Shown in pieces: positions 19,175 through 28,880 of a DNA stretch of 64,000 nucleotides (the first letter of the stretch is position 1; each line of letters starts with the position of its first letter). This DNA comes from Escherichia coli (GTDB taxonomy: Bacteria; Pseudomonadota; Gammaproteobacteria; Enterobacterales; Enterobacteriaceae), in the NCBI RefSeq assembly GCF_001677475.2, contig NZ_CP015229.1; one strand, written 5' to 3'. The translations under genes were made by a program, and so were the position numbers. The notes under the pieces were generated by a model. The model was given only the letters and a program-made list of their open reading frames with translations. It did not search any database and was not told the DNA's origin.

Positions 19175-22100
19175 ATGGGGGATATTATGCGTCCCATTCC
19201 GTTTGAGGAACTTTTGACGCGCATATTTGATGAATACCAACAACAACGCTCAATCTTTGGTATTCCCGAGCAACAGTTTTACTCACCCGTAAAAGGTAAA
19301 ACTGTTAGCGTCTTCGGTGAAACCTGTGCCACTCCCGTCGGCCCTGCCGCTGGCCCGCACACGCAGCTCGCGCAAAATATTGTCACTTCCTGGCTGACTG
19401 GCGGACGCTTCATCGAACTAAAAACCGTCCAAATTCTTGACCGCCTGGAGCTGGAAAAGCCCTGTATCGATGCCGAAGACGAGTGCTTTAACACCGAATG
19501 GTCTACCGAATTTACCCTGCTTAAAGCCTGGGATGAATACCTCAAAGCCTGGTTTGCCCTGCACCTTCTCGAAGCGATGTTCCAGCCTTCTGATTCCGGT
19601 AAATCGTTCATCTTTAATATGAGCGTCGGTTACAACCTCGAAGGTATTAAGCAACCGCCGATGCAACAGTTCATCGACAATATGATGGACGCATCTGACC
19701 ATCCGAAATTCGCTCAATATCGCGATACACTGAATAAATTACTCCAGGATGACGCATTTTTAACCCACCACGGATTGCAGGAAAAGCGCGAAAGCTTGCA
19801 AGCCTTACCCGCTCGCATCCCCACCAGCATGGTGCAGGGCGTCACCCTCTCCACCATGCACGGCTGTCCTCCGCATGAAATTGAAGCCATTTGCCGCTAC
19901 ATGCTGGAAGAAAAAGGGCTCAATACCTTTGTGAAACTCAACCCGACCTTACTGGGGTACGCGCGTGTTCGTGAGATCCTCGATGTCTGCGGTTTCGGTT
20001 ACATAGGCTTAAAAGAAGAGTCATTTGATCACGACCTCAAGCTGACGCAAGCGCTGGAAATGCTGGAACGCCTGATGTCACTGGCAAAAGAAAAATCACT
20101 CGGCTTTGGCGTAAAACTGACTAACACTCTCGGCACCATCAACAATAAAGGCGCACTGCCTGGTGAAGAGATGTATATGTCAGGCCGTGCGCTGTTCCCG
20201 CTCTCCATCAATGTTGCAGCAGTTCTCTCTCGCGCCTTTGACGGCAAACTGCCCATTTCTTATTCCGGTGGTGCCAGTCAGCTGACTATCCGCGATATTT
20301 TTGATACTGGTATTCGCCCTATTACTATGGCAACCGACCTGCTGAAACCTGGCGGCTATCTGCGCTTAAGTGCCTGCATGCGCGAGCTGGAAGGCTCCGA
20401 CGCCTGGGGGCTTGACCATGTTGACGTCGAACGACTGAACAAACTGGCAGCAGACGCGTTAACCATGGAATACACCCAGAAACACTGGAAGCCAGAAGAG
20501 CGTATTGAAGTGGCAGAAGACCTGCCGCTGACCGACTGCTACGTTGCCCCCTGTGTTACTGCCTGCGCTATCAAGCAAGATATTCCGGAATACATCCGTT
20601 TGCTTGGCGAACATCGCTATGCTGACGCGCTGGAACTCATCTACCAACGCAACGCCCTGCCCGCCATTACCGGTCATATTTGCGATCACCAGTGCCAATA
20701 CAACTGTACCCGCCTGGATTACGACAGTGCGCTGAATATCCGTGAACTGAAAAAAGTCGCGCTGGAAAAAGGTTGGGATGAATATAAGCAACGCTGGCAC
20801 AAACCAGCCGGTTCTGGTTCACGCCATCCGGTTGCCGTGATTGGTGCAGGTCCGGCGGGTCTGGCAGCAGGTTACTTCCTTGCCAAAGCGGGCCATCCGG
20901 TTACGCTGTTTGAACGCGAAGCCAATGCGGGCGGCGTGGTGAAAAATATCATTCCTCAGTTCCGTATTCCTGCAGAGTTAATTCAGCACGATATCGATTT
21001 TGTTGCCGCTCACGGCGTGAAATTTGAGTATGGCTGCTCACCCGATCTGACCGTTGAACAGTTAAAAAATCAGGGCTTCCACTATGTCCTGATTGCCACC
21101 GGCACTGATAAAAATAGCGGTGTGAAACTGGCGGGCGACAACCAAAATGTCTGGAAATCACTCCCCTTCCTGCGTGAATACAACAAGGGCACAGCGCTCA
21201 AGCTGGGCAAACATGTGGTCGTTGTCGGGGCGGGTAACACGGCAATGGACTGCGCTCGTGCGGCGTTACGCGTTCCAGGCGTAGAAAAAGCAACGGTCGT
21301 TTACCGTCGTTCACTGCAAGAGATGCCAGCATGGCGCGAAGAGTATGAAGAAGCGTTGCACGACGGTGTGGAGTTCCGTTTCCTGAATAATCCGGAACGT
21401 TTCGATGCTGATGGCACCTTAACCTTGCGCGTTATGTCGCTTGGCGAACCTGATGAAAAAGGTCGTCGCCGTCCGGTTGAAACCAACGAAACAGTAATAC
21501 TGCATGTAGACAGCCTGATCACCGCCATTGGTGAACAGCAGGATACTGAAGCCCTGAATGCGATGGGCGTGCCGCTGGACAAAAACGGCTGGCCAGACGT
21601 CGACCATAATGGCGAAACTCGTCTGACTGACGTCTTTATGATCGGCGACGTACAGCGCGGACCATCCTCCATTGTCGCTGCTGTCGGAACCGCGCGTCGG
21701 GCGACCGATGCCATCCTTAGTCGGGAAAATATCCGTTCCCACCAGAGCGATAAATACTGGAATAACGTCAATCCGGCGGAAATCTATCAACGCAAAGGCG
21801 ATATCTCTATCACCCTGGTGGATAGCGACGATCGTGACGCGTTTGTCGCCCAGGAAGCCGCACGCTGCCTTGAATGTAACTACGTTTGCAGCAAGTGTGT
21901 GGATGTCTGCCCGAACCGCGCCAACGTATCCATTGCGGTCCCTGGCTTCCAGAACCGTTTCCAGACGCTGCACCTCGATGCTTACTGTAACGAATGCGGC
22001 AACTGCGCTCAGTTCTGTCCGTGGAACGGTAAACCGTACAAAGACAAAATCACCGTCTTCAGCCTGTCGCAAGACTTTGATAACAGCAGCAACCCTGGCT

Positions 22101-22273
22101 TCCTTGTGGAAGATTGCCGGGTACGAGTACGTCTGAATAACCAAAGCTGGGTGTTAAGCATCGACAGCGAAGGTCAGTTCAACAACGTACCACCGGAGCT
22201 GAACGATATGTGCCGCATCATTAGCCATGTCCACCAGCATCATCATTATCTGCTGGGCCGTGTGGAGGTGTAA
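19175..22273 (+). CDS. ygfK: large Fe-S / FAD-NAD(P) oxidoreductase (putative selenate reductase-type subunit YgfK)
   Basis: 1032 aa; Rossmann GxGxxG motifs ([24 protein letters not shown]) and C-terminal cysteine clusters; continuous frame with no internal stop. Confidence 0.88.
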   Translation: MGDIMRPIPFEELLTRIFDEYQQQRSIFGIPEQQFYSPVKGKTVSVFGETCATPVGPAAGPHTQLAQNIVTSWLTGGRFIELKTVQILDRLELEKPCIDAEDECFNTEWSTEFTLLKAWDEYLKAWFALHLLEAMFQPSDSGKSFIFNMSVGYNLEGIKQPPMQQFIDNMMDASDHPKFAQYRDTLNKLLQDDAFLTHHGLQEKRESLQALPARIPTSMVQGVTLSTMHGCPPHEIEAICRYMLEEKGLNTFVKLNPTLLGYARVREILDVCGFGYIGLKEESFDHDLKLTQALEMLERLMSLAKEKSLGFGVKLTNTLGTINNKGALPGEEMYMSGRALFPLSINVAAVLSRAFDGKLPISYSGGASQLTIRDIFDTGIRPITMATDLLKPGGYLRLSACMRELEGSDAWGLDHVDVERLNKLAADALTMEYTQKHWKPEERIEVAEDLPLTDCYVAPCVTACAIKQDIPEYIRLLGEHRYADALELIYQRNALPAITGHICDHQCQYNCTRLDYDSALNIRELKKVALEKGWDEYKQRWHKPAGSGSRHPVAVIGAGPAGLAAGYFLAKAGHPVTLFEREANAGGVVKNIIPQFRIPAELIQHDIDFVAAHGVKFEYGCSPDLTVEQLKNQGFHYVLIATGTDKNSGVKLAGDNQNVWKSLPFLREYNKGTALKLGKHVVVVGAGNTAMDCARAALRVPGVEKATVVYRRSLQEMPAWREEYEEALHDGVEFRFLNNPERFDADGTLTLRVMSLGEPDEKGRRRPVETNETVILHVDSLITAIGEQQDTEALNAMGVPLDKNGWPDVDHNGETRLTDVFMIGDVQRGPSSIVAAVGTARRATDAILSRENIRSHQSDKYWNNVNPAEIYQRKGDISITLVDSDDRDAFVAQEAARCLECNYVCSKCVDVCPNRANVSIAVPGFQNRFQTLHLDAYCNECGNCAQFCPWNGKPYKDKITVFSLSQDFDNSSNPGFLVEDCRVRVRLNNQSWVLSIDSEGQFNNVPPELNDMCRIISHVHQHHHYLLGRVEV

Positions 22274-22275
22274 TC

Positions 22276-23604
22276 ATGTTGATTCTGAAGAATGTCACCG
22301 CAGTGCAGTTACACCCAGCGAAAGTGCAGGAAGGCGTTGATATCGCCATCGAAAATGATGTGATTGTCGCTATCGGCGATGCCCTGACGCAACGCTACCC
22401 CGATGCCAGCTACAAAGAGATGCATGGTCGGATTGTGATGCCAGGAATTGTCTGCTCGCACAACCATTTTTACTCGGGGCTGTCCCGCGGAATTATGGCA
22501 AACATCGCCCCCTGCCCGGATTTCATCTCAACGCTGAAAAATCTCTGGTGGCGACTCGATCGCGCCCTTGATGAAGAGTCGCTCTATTACAGCGGACTGA
22601 TTTGTTCCCTGGAAGCGATTAAGAGCGGATGTACATCGGTTATCGATCACCATGCCTCTCCGGCGTATATCGACGGGTCGCTCTCCACATTGCGCAACGC
22701 ATTTTTAAAAGTTGGCCTGCGCGCGATGACCTGTTTTGAAACTACTGACCGTAACAACGGCATCAAAGAGTTGCAGGAAGGTGTAGAAGAAAACATCCGC
22801 TTCGCCCGTCAGATTGATGAGGCGAAGAAAGCAGCAACTGAGCCGTATCTGGTGGAAGCACATATCGGCGCTCACGCGCCGTTTACCGTGCCGGATGCCG
22901 GTCTGGAAATGCTGCGCGAAGCCGTAAAAGCCACTGGGCGTGGTTTACACATTCACGCTGCTGAAGATCTTTACGACGTTTCTCACAGTCACCACTGGTA
23001 CGGCAAAGATCTGCTGGCACGGCTGGCGCAATTCGATCTTATCGATAGCAAAACGCTGGTCGCCCACGGCCTGTATCTGTCGAAAGAGGATATCGCCCTG
23101 CTTAATCAGCATGACGCGTTCCTGGTACATAACGCCCGCTCCAACATGAATAACCATGTTGGTTACAACCATCATCTTAGCGATATCCGCAATCTGGCAC
23201 TGGGAACCGATGGTATCGGTTCAGACATGTTTGAAGAGATGAAATTCGCCTTCTTTAAACATCGTGACGCTGGTGGTCCGCTGTGGCCTGACAGTTTTGC
23301 CAAAGCCCTGACTAACGGCAACGAACTAATGAGTCGCAACTTTGGTGCGAAATTCGGCCTTCTGGAAGCCGGTTATAAAGCTGATTTAACCATTTGCGAT
23401 TACACCTCGCCAACGCCGTTGCTGGCGGACAATATCGCCGGGCATATCGCTTTCGGTATGGGCTCAGGCAGCGTTCACAGCGTGATGGTCAATGGTGTGA
23501 TGGTCTATGAAGACCGACAGTTTAACTTCGATTGCGATTCCATTTATGCGCAAGCCAGAAAAGCCGCTGCCAGTATGTGGCGTCGGATGGATGCGCTGGC
23601 ATAA
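22276..23604 (+). CDS. ssnA: amidohydrolase-family protein (cytosine/guanine deaminase-like)
   Basis: 442 aa; metal-dependent hydrolase HxH motif (SHNHF); 2-bp gap from ygfK. Confidence 0.88.
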   Translation: MLILKNVTAVQLHPAKVQEGVDIAIENDVIVAIGDALTQRYPDASYKEMHGRIVMPGIVCSHNHFYSGLSRGIMANIAPCPDFISTLKNLWWRLDRALDEESLYYSGLICSLEAIKSGCTSVIDHHASPAYIDGSLSTLRNAFLKVGLRAMTCFETTDRNNGIKELQEGVEENIRFARQIDEAKKAATEPYLVEAHIGAHAPFTVPDAGLEMLREAVKATGRGLHIHAAEDLYDVSHSHHWYGKDLLARLAQFDLIDSKTLVAHGLYLSKEDIALLNQHDAFLVHNARSNMNNHVGYNHHLSDIRNLALGTDGIGSDMFEEMKFAFFKHRDAGGPLWPDSFAKALTNGNELMSRNFGAKFGLLEAGYKADLTICDYTSPTPLLADNIAGHIAFGMGSGSVHSVMVNGVMVYEDRQFNFDCDSIYAQARKAAASMWRRMDALA

Positions 23605-23654
23605 ATGACAAATACCCTCTTCCCGTAGGGAAGAGGGTTAAATAAGGAAAGAAG

Positions 23655-24434
23655 ATGATTGAACAATTTTTTAGGCCCGACTCTGTCGAACAGGCGCTGG
23701 AACTGAAGCGCTGCTACCAGGATGAAGCCGTCTGGTTCGCCGGGGGCAGCAAACTCAACGCTACACCAACCCGTACCGATAAAAAGATTGCCATTTCCTT
23801 ACAGGATCTGGAACTGGACTGGGTTGACTGGGATAACGGTGCACTGCGGATTGGCGCAATGTCTCGCTTGCAGTCACTGCGTGATGCGCGATTTATTCCT
23901 GCAGCACTGCGTGAAGCCCTCGGCTTTGTCTACTCTCGCCATGTTCGTAATCAGTCGACCATTGGTGGTGAAATCGCCGCCCGGCAGGAAGAGTCTGTGC
24001 TGCTTCCCGTCCTGCTGGCACTGGATGCTGAACTGGTTTTTGGCAATGGCGAAACACTGTCAATCGAAGAGTACCTGGCCTGCCCATGCGATCGCCTGCT
24101 AACCGAAATTATCATTAAAGATCCGTATCGCACCTGTGCGACCCGCAAAATTAGCCGTTCTCAGGCAGGTTTAACCGTCGTGACGGCAGCCGTTGCAATG
24201 ACAGACCACGACGGTATGCGAATTGCGCTGGATGGCGTCGCCAGTAAAGCCCTGCGTCTGCACGATGTTGAAAAACAAAATCTGGAAGGCAATGCACTTG
24301 AACAGGCTGTCGCCAACGCCATTTTCCCGCAGGAAGATTTGCGGGGCAGCGTGGCCTATAAACGCTATATCACGGGAGTTCTGGTAGCCGACCTGTATGC
24401 CGACTGCCAACAGGCTGGGGAGGAAGCCGTATGA
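23655..24434 (+). CDS. ygfM: FAD-binding subunit of a molybdopterin dehydrogenase
   Basis: 259 aa; CO dehydrogenase flavoprotein-like (AGGSKLN). Confidence 0.85.
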   Translation: MIEQFFRPDSVEQALELKRCYQDEAVWFAGGSKLNATPTRTDKKIAISLQDLELDWVDWDNGALRIGAMSRLQSLRDARFIPAALREALGFVYSRHVRNQSTIGGEIAARQEESVLLPVLLALDAELVFGNGETLSIEEYLACPCDRLLTEIIIKDPYRTCATRKISRSQAGLTVVTAAVAMTDHDGMRIALDGVASKALRLHDVEKQNLEGNALEQAVANAIFPQEDLRGSVAYKRYITGVLVADLYADCQQAGEEAV

Positions 24435-27301
24435 TCATCCACTTTACTTTAAATGGCGCGCCTCAGGAGCTAACCGTTAATCCAGGCGAAAACGTGCAAA
24501 AGCTGTTGTTTAACATGGGAATGCACTCTGTACGCAACAGCGATGATGGATTCGGGTTTGCCGGTTCTGACGCAATTATCTGTAACGGTAATATCGTTAA
24601 CGCGTCCTTGCTTATTGCCGCACAGTTAGAGAAGGCAGATATTCGTACCGCAGAATCTCTGGGCAAATGGAACGAGTTAAGTCTGGTTCAACAGGCAATG
24701 GTTGATGTTGGCGTGGTGCAGTCTGGTTATAACGATCCAGCTGCAGCTCTGATTATCACCGATCTTCTCGATCGCATCGCCGCACCTACCCGCGAAGAGA
24801 TCGACGACGCGCTTTCTGGTTTGTTCAGCCGCGATGCAGGCTGGCAACAATACTATCAGGTCATTGAACTGGCGGTTGCACGTAAAAATAATCCGCAGGC
24901 CACCATTGATATCGCTCCGACTTTCCGTGACGACCTTGAAGTCATTGGCAAGCATTATCCTAAAACTGATGCCGCGAAAATGGTGCAGGCGAAACCCTGC
25001 TATGTTGAAGACCGCATAACGGCTGACGCCTGCGTCATTAAAATGTTACGTAGCCCACACGCTCACGCACTGATTACTCATCTGGATGTCAGCAAAGCTG
25101 AAGCCTTACCGGGCGTCGTTCACGTTATTACTCACCTGAATTGCCCGGATATCTACTATACCCCGGGTGGTCAGAGCGCACCGGAACCGTCACCGCTTGA
25201 CCGCCGTATGTTCGGCAAGAAAATGCGTCATGTCGGCGATCGTGTTGCTGCGGTCGTCGCAGAAAGTGAAGAAATTGCGCTCGAAGCACTGAAGCTCATC
25301 GACGTTGAATATGAAGTGCTTAAGCCGGTAATGTCGATCGACGAAGCAATGGCGGAAGATGCGCCTGTCGTGCACGATGAACCAGTGGTGTATGTTGCTG
25401 GTGCGCCAGATACTCTGGAAGACGATAACAGCCATGCAGCCCAGCGCGGCGAGCATATGATCATCAACTTCCCGATCGGTTCTCGCCCTCGCAAAAATAT
25501 CGCTGCCAGTATTCATGGTCATATTGGCGATATGGACAAAGGCTTTGCCGATGCCGATGTGATCATTGAGAGAACCTATAACTCAACGCAGGCACAGCAG
25601 TGCCCGACTGAAACACATATCTGCTTTACCCGGATGGACGGCGATCGTCTGGTTATCCACGCCTCCACCCAGGTACCATGGCACTTACGCCGCCAGGTCG
25701 CGCGCCTCGTGGGCATGAAACAGCATAAAGTTCATGTCATTAAAGAGCGAGTTGGCGGCGGTTTTGGTTCCAAACAGGACATCCTGCTGGAAGAAGTGTG
25801 CGCCTGGGCAACCTGCGTGACCGGGCGTCCGGTACTGTTCCGCTACACCCGTGAAGAAGAGTTTATTGCTAACACCTCTCGTCACGTCGCGAAAGTCACC
25901 GTCAAACTGGGAGCGAAAAAAGATGGTCGCCTGACGGCAGTGAAGATGGATTTCCGCGCCAACACTGGCCCTTACGGCAACCACTCACTCACCGTACCGT
26001 GTAACGGACCGGCGCTGTCGCTGCCGTTATATCCGTGCGATAACGTCGATTTCCAGGTCACCACCTACTACAGCAACATTTGCCCAAATGGTGCTTATCA
26101 GGGTTATGGCGCACCGAAAGGTAACTTCGCTATCACCATGGCATTAGCGGAACTGGCTGAACAGTTACAGATCGACCAACTGGAAATTATCGAACGTAAC
26201 CGGGTACACGAAGGGCAAGAGCTGAAAATTCTCGGTGCAATCGGTGAAGGTAAAGCGCCGACCTCTGTTCCTTCCGCCGCCAGCTGCGCACTGGAAGAGA
26301 TCCTGCGTCAGGGGCGCGAGATGATCCAATGGTCGTCACCGAAACCGCAAAATGGTGACTGGCATATCGGTCGCGGCGTCGCCATTATCATGCAGAAATC
26401 GGGGATCCCGGATATCGATCAGGCTAACTGCATGATCAAACTGGAATCGGACGGTACCTTTATCGTTCATTCTGGAGGTGCGGATATTGGTACTGGTCTG
26501 GATACTGTGGTGACGAAACTGGCAGCAGAAGTGCTGCACTGCCCACCGCAGGACGTGCATGTTATCTCCGGTGATACCGATCATGCCTTGTTTGATAAAG
26601 GCGCATATGCCTCGTCCGGTACTTGCTTCTCGGGTAACGCGGCGCGTTTAGCAGCGGAAAATCTGCGGGAGAAAATTCTGTTCCACGGCGCGCAAATGTT
26701 GGGTGAGCCAGTGGCAGATGTTCAACTAGCAACGCCGGGCGTCGTGCGCGGCAAGAAAGGCGAAGTTAGTTTCGGGGATATTGCCCATAAAGGCGAAACC
26801 GGCACCGGCTTTGGTTCACTGGTGGGAACTGGCAGTTATATCACGCCTGATTTCGCCTTCACGTATGGCGCAAACTTCGCTGAAGTTGCCGTCAATACGC
26901 GTACGGGTGAAATCCGCCTGGATAAATTCTACGCCTTGCTGGACTGCGGTACACCGGTCAATCCAGAGTTAGCGTTGGGACAAATCTACGGTGCCACCCT
27001 GCGTGCTATCGGCCACAGTATGAGCGAAGAGATCATTTATGACGCCGAAGGTCACCCGTTAACGCGTGATTTACGCAGTTACGGCGCACCGAAAATTGGT
27101 GACATTCCGCGTGATTTCCGCGCTGTGTTGGTGCCGAGCGACGATAAAGTCGGCCCGTTCGGGGCAAAATCGATCTCGGAAATCGGTGTAAATGGCGCAG
27201 CTCCGGCGATTGCTACCGCAATTCACGATGCCTGCGGCATCTGGTTACGCGAATGGCATTTCACACCGGAGAAAATACTCACCGCGCTGGAAAAAATATA
27301 A
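24431..27301 (+). CDS. xdhD: molybdopterin-dependent hydroxylase fused to an N-terminal 2Fe-2S-like domain
   Basis: 956 aa; aldehyde oxidase/xanthine dehydrogenase-type large subunit; start overlaps the ygfM stop (ATGA). Confidence 0.9.
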   Translation: MIIHFTLNGAPQELTVNPGENVQKLLFNMGMHSVRNSDDGFGFAGSDAIICNGNIVNASLLIAAQLEKADIRTAESLGKWNELSLVQQAMVDVGVVQSGYNDPAAALIITDLLDRIAAPTREEIDDALSGLFSRDAGWQQYYQVIELAVARKNNPQATIDIAPTFRDDLEVIGKHYPKTDAAKMVQAKPCYVEDRITADACVIKMLRSPHAHALITHLDVSKAEALPGVVHVITHLNCPDIYYTPGGQSAPEPSPLDRRMFGKKMRHVGDRVAAVVAESEEIALEALKLIDVEYEVLKPVMSIDEAMAEDAPVVHDEPVVYVAGAPDTLEDDNSHAAQRGEHMIINFPIGSRPRKNIAASIHGHIGDMDKGFADADVIIERTYNSTQAQQCPTETHICFTRMDGDRLVIHASTQVPWHLRRQVARLVGMKQHKVHVIKERVGGGFGSKQDILLEEVCAWATCVTGRPVLFRYTREEEFIANTSRHVAKVTVKLGAKKDGRLTAVKMDFRANTGPYGNHSLTVPCNGPALSLPLYPCDNVDFQVTTYYSNICPNGAYQGYGAPKGNFAITMALAELAEQLQIDQLEIIERNRVHEGQELKILGAIGEGKAPTSVPSAASCALEEILRQGREMIQWSSPKPQNGDWHIGRGVAIIMQKSGIPDIDQANCMIKLESDGTFIVHSGGADIGTGLDTVVTKLAAEVLHCPPQDVHVISGDTDHALFDKGAYASSGTCFSGNAARLAAENLREKILFHGAQMLGEPVADVQLATPGVVRGKKGEVSFGDIAHKGETGTGFGSLVGTGSYITPDFAFTYGANFAEVAVNTRTGEIRLDKFYALLDCGTPVNPELALGQIYGATLRAIGHSMSEEIIYDAEGHPLTRDLRSYGAPKIGDIPRDFRAVLVPSDDKVGPFGAKSISEIGVNGAAPAIATAIHDACGIWLREWHFTPEKILTALEKI

Positions 27302-27310
27302 GTAATAAAT

Positions 27311-27338
27311 GGCCGCTTCGGCGGCCTGTTTCTCTGTT
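27311..27338 (+). terminator. rho-independent terminator GGCCGC-ttcg-GCGGCC followed by a T-rich run, after xdhD
   Basis: Stem-loop and T-rich tail read directly. Confidence 0.6.
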
Positions 27339-27465
27339 TGAACGATGACTAAATAGTGACTGCGAAAATGAGATAAGCCGTTCTCAAGGCGTCCTGCGCC
27401 CCAAATTCGTGGGAATTTATTTTACTAATTCAGATGATCAAATTTACTTTAAAAGGAGTGAAGGG

Positions 27466-28866
27466 ATGTCTGATATAAACCATGCAGGTTCTGACCTTAT
27501 ATTTGAACTGGAGGATCGCCCTCCCTTTCATCAGGCTCTCGTTGGTGCCATTACCCATCTGTTGGCAATTTTTGTTCCGATGGTAACCCCCGCGTTAATC
27601 GTGGGTGCAGCCTTACAGCTTTCCGCTGAAACAACCGCCTATCTTGTTTCTATGGCGATGATCGCCTCTGGTATTGGTACCTGGTTACAAGTAAACCGCT
27701 ACGGCATCGTCGGTTCTGGCCTACTCTCAATTCAGTCAGTCAATTTTTCATTTGTTACGGTCATGATTGCGCTGGGCAGCAGCATGAAAAGCGACGGTTT
27801 TCACGAAGAGTTAATCATGTCGTCGCTCCTCGGCGTCTCCTTCGTTGGCGCATTTCTGGTTGTCGGATCTTCATTTATCTTGCCCTATTTACGTCGGGTT
27901 ATTACGCCTACCGTCAGCGGTATTGTGGTACTGATGATCGGCTTAAGCCTGATTAAAGTCGGCATTATCGATTTTGGTGGAGGATTTGCAGCCAAAAGCA
28001 GCGGTACGTTCGGCAATTACGAACATCTCGGCGTTAGTTTATTGGTTTTAATTGTGGTGATCGGCTTTAACTGCTGTCGCAGTCCGTTGCTACGCATGGG
28101 AGGGATCGCCATTGGGCTATGTGTCGGCTATATCGCATCGTTATGCCTGGGCATGGTGGATTTCAGCAGTATGCGCAATTTGCCGTTAATCACCATCCCG
28201 CATCCGTTCAAATACGGCTTTAGTTTTAGCTTCCATCAGTTCCTGGTGGTTGGCACGATTTATCTGCTTAGCGTGCTGGAAGCTGTCGGCGATATCACCG
28301 CCACGGCAATGGTTTCCCGCCGCCCCATTCAGGGGGAAGAGTATCAGTCCCGACTGAAAGGCGGCGTGCTGGCAGATGGTCTGGTTTCTGTTATCGCCTC
28401 CGCTGTCGGTTCATTACCATTAACCACGTTTGCGCAAAATAATGGGGTTATTCAGATGACTGGCGTCGCTTCACGTTATGTCGGGCGAACCATCGCGGTA
28501 ATGCTGGTTATCCTCGGCTTATTTCCGATGATTGGCGGCTTCTTCACAACCATACCCTCGGCAGTTCTGGGAGGCGCAATGACGTTGATGTTTTCCATGA
28601 TTGCTATCGCCGGGATTCGCATCATCATCACCAACGGTTTAAAGCGCCGAGAAACACTTATTGTCGCCACTTCTTTAGGTTTAGGACTTGGCGTCTCCTA
28701 CGATCCCGAAATTTTTAAAATATTGCCAGCCTCTATTTATGTACTAGTTGAAAACCCTATTTGTGCTGGCGGGTTAACTGCGATTTTATTAAATATTATC
28801 CTCCCTGGTGGCTACCGACAGGAAAACGTTCTGCCTGGTATTACCTCAGCGGAAGAGATGGATTAA
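27466..28866 (+). CDS. xanQ: xanthine permease (NCS2/NAT family)
   Basis: Translation from MSDINHAGSDL; multi-pass membrane protein; supplied ORF extends 19 codons upstream; ribosome-binding site AAAGGAG just before this ATG. Confidence 0.88.
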   Translation: MSDINHAGSDLIFELEDRPPFHQALVGAITHLLAIFVPMVTPALIVGAALQLSAETTAYLVSMAMIASGIGTWLQVNRYGIVGSGLLSIQSVNFSFVTVMIALGSSMKSDGFHEELIMSSLLGVSFVGAFLVVGSSFILPYLRRVITPTVSGIVVLMIGLSLIKVGIIDFGGGFAAKSSGTFGNYEHLGVSLLVLIVVIGFNCCRSPLLRMGGIAIGLCVGYIASLCLGMVDFSSMRNLPLITIPHPFKYGFSFSFHQFLVVGTIYLLSVLEAVGDITATAMVSRRPIQGEEYQSRLKGGVLADGLVSVIASAVGSLPLTTFAQNNGVIQMTGVASRYVGRTIAVMLVILGLFPMIGGFFTTIPSAVLGGAMTLMFSMIAIAGIRIIITNGLKRRETLIVATSLGLGLGVSYDPEIFKILPASIYVLVENPICAGGLTAILLNIILPGGYRQENVLPGITSAEEMD

Positions 28867-28880
28867 CAGTAAAGGAGTCA

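Noticed and set aside
19175-27301. Possible selenocysteine (in-frame TGA) recoding in ygfK or xdhD, given the selenium-dependent hydroxylase marker genes nearby
   Set aside because: Both reading frames are continuous with no internal TGA, and I see no SECIS-like hairpin interrupting them. Any selenium involvement would have to be as a cofactor ligand.
28761-28880. N-terminal extensions in the supplied ORFs of guaD (40 codons), xanQ, uacT, gcvP, pepP, rpiA, argP, bglA, xdhA and fau
   Set aside because: The extensions overlap upstream genes, terminators or the 6S RNA, and the internal ATG is preceded by a ribosome-binding site and matches the N-terminus I remember. The extensions come from taking the longest ORF.
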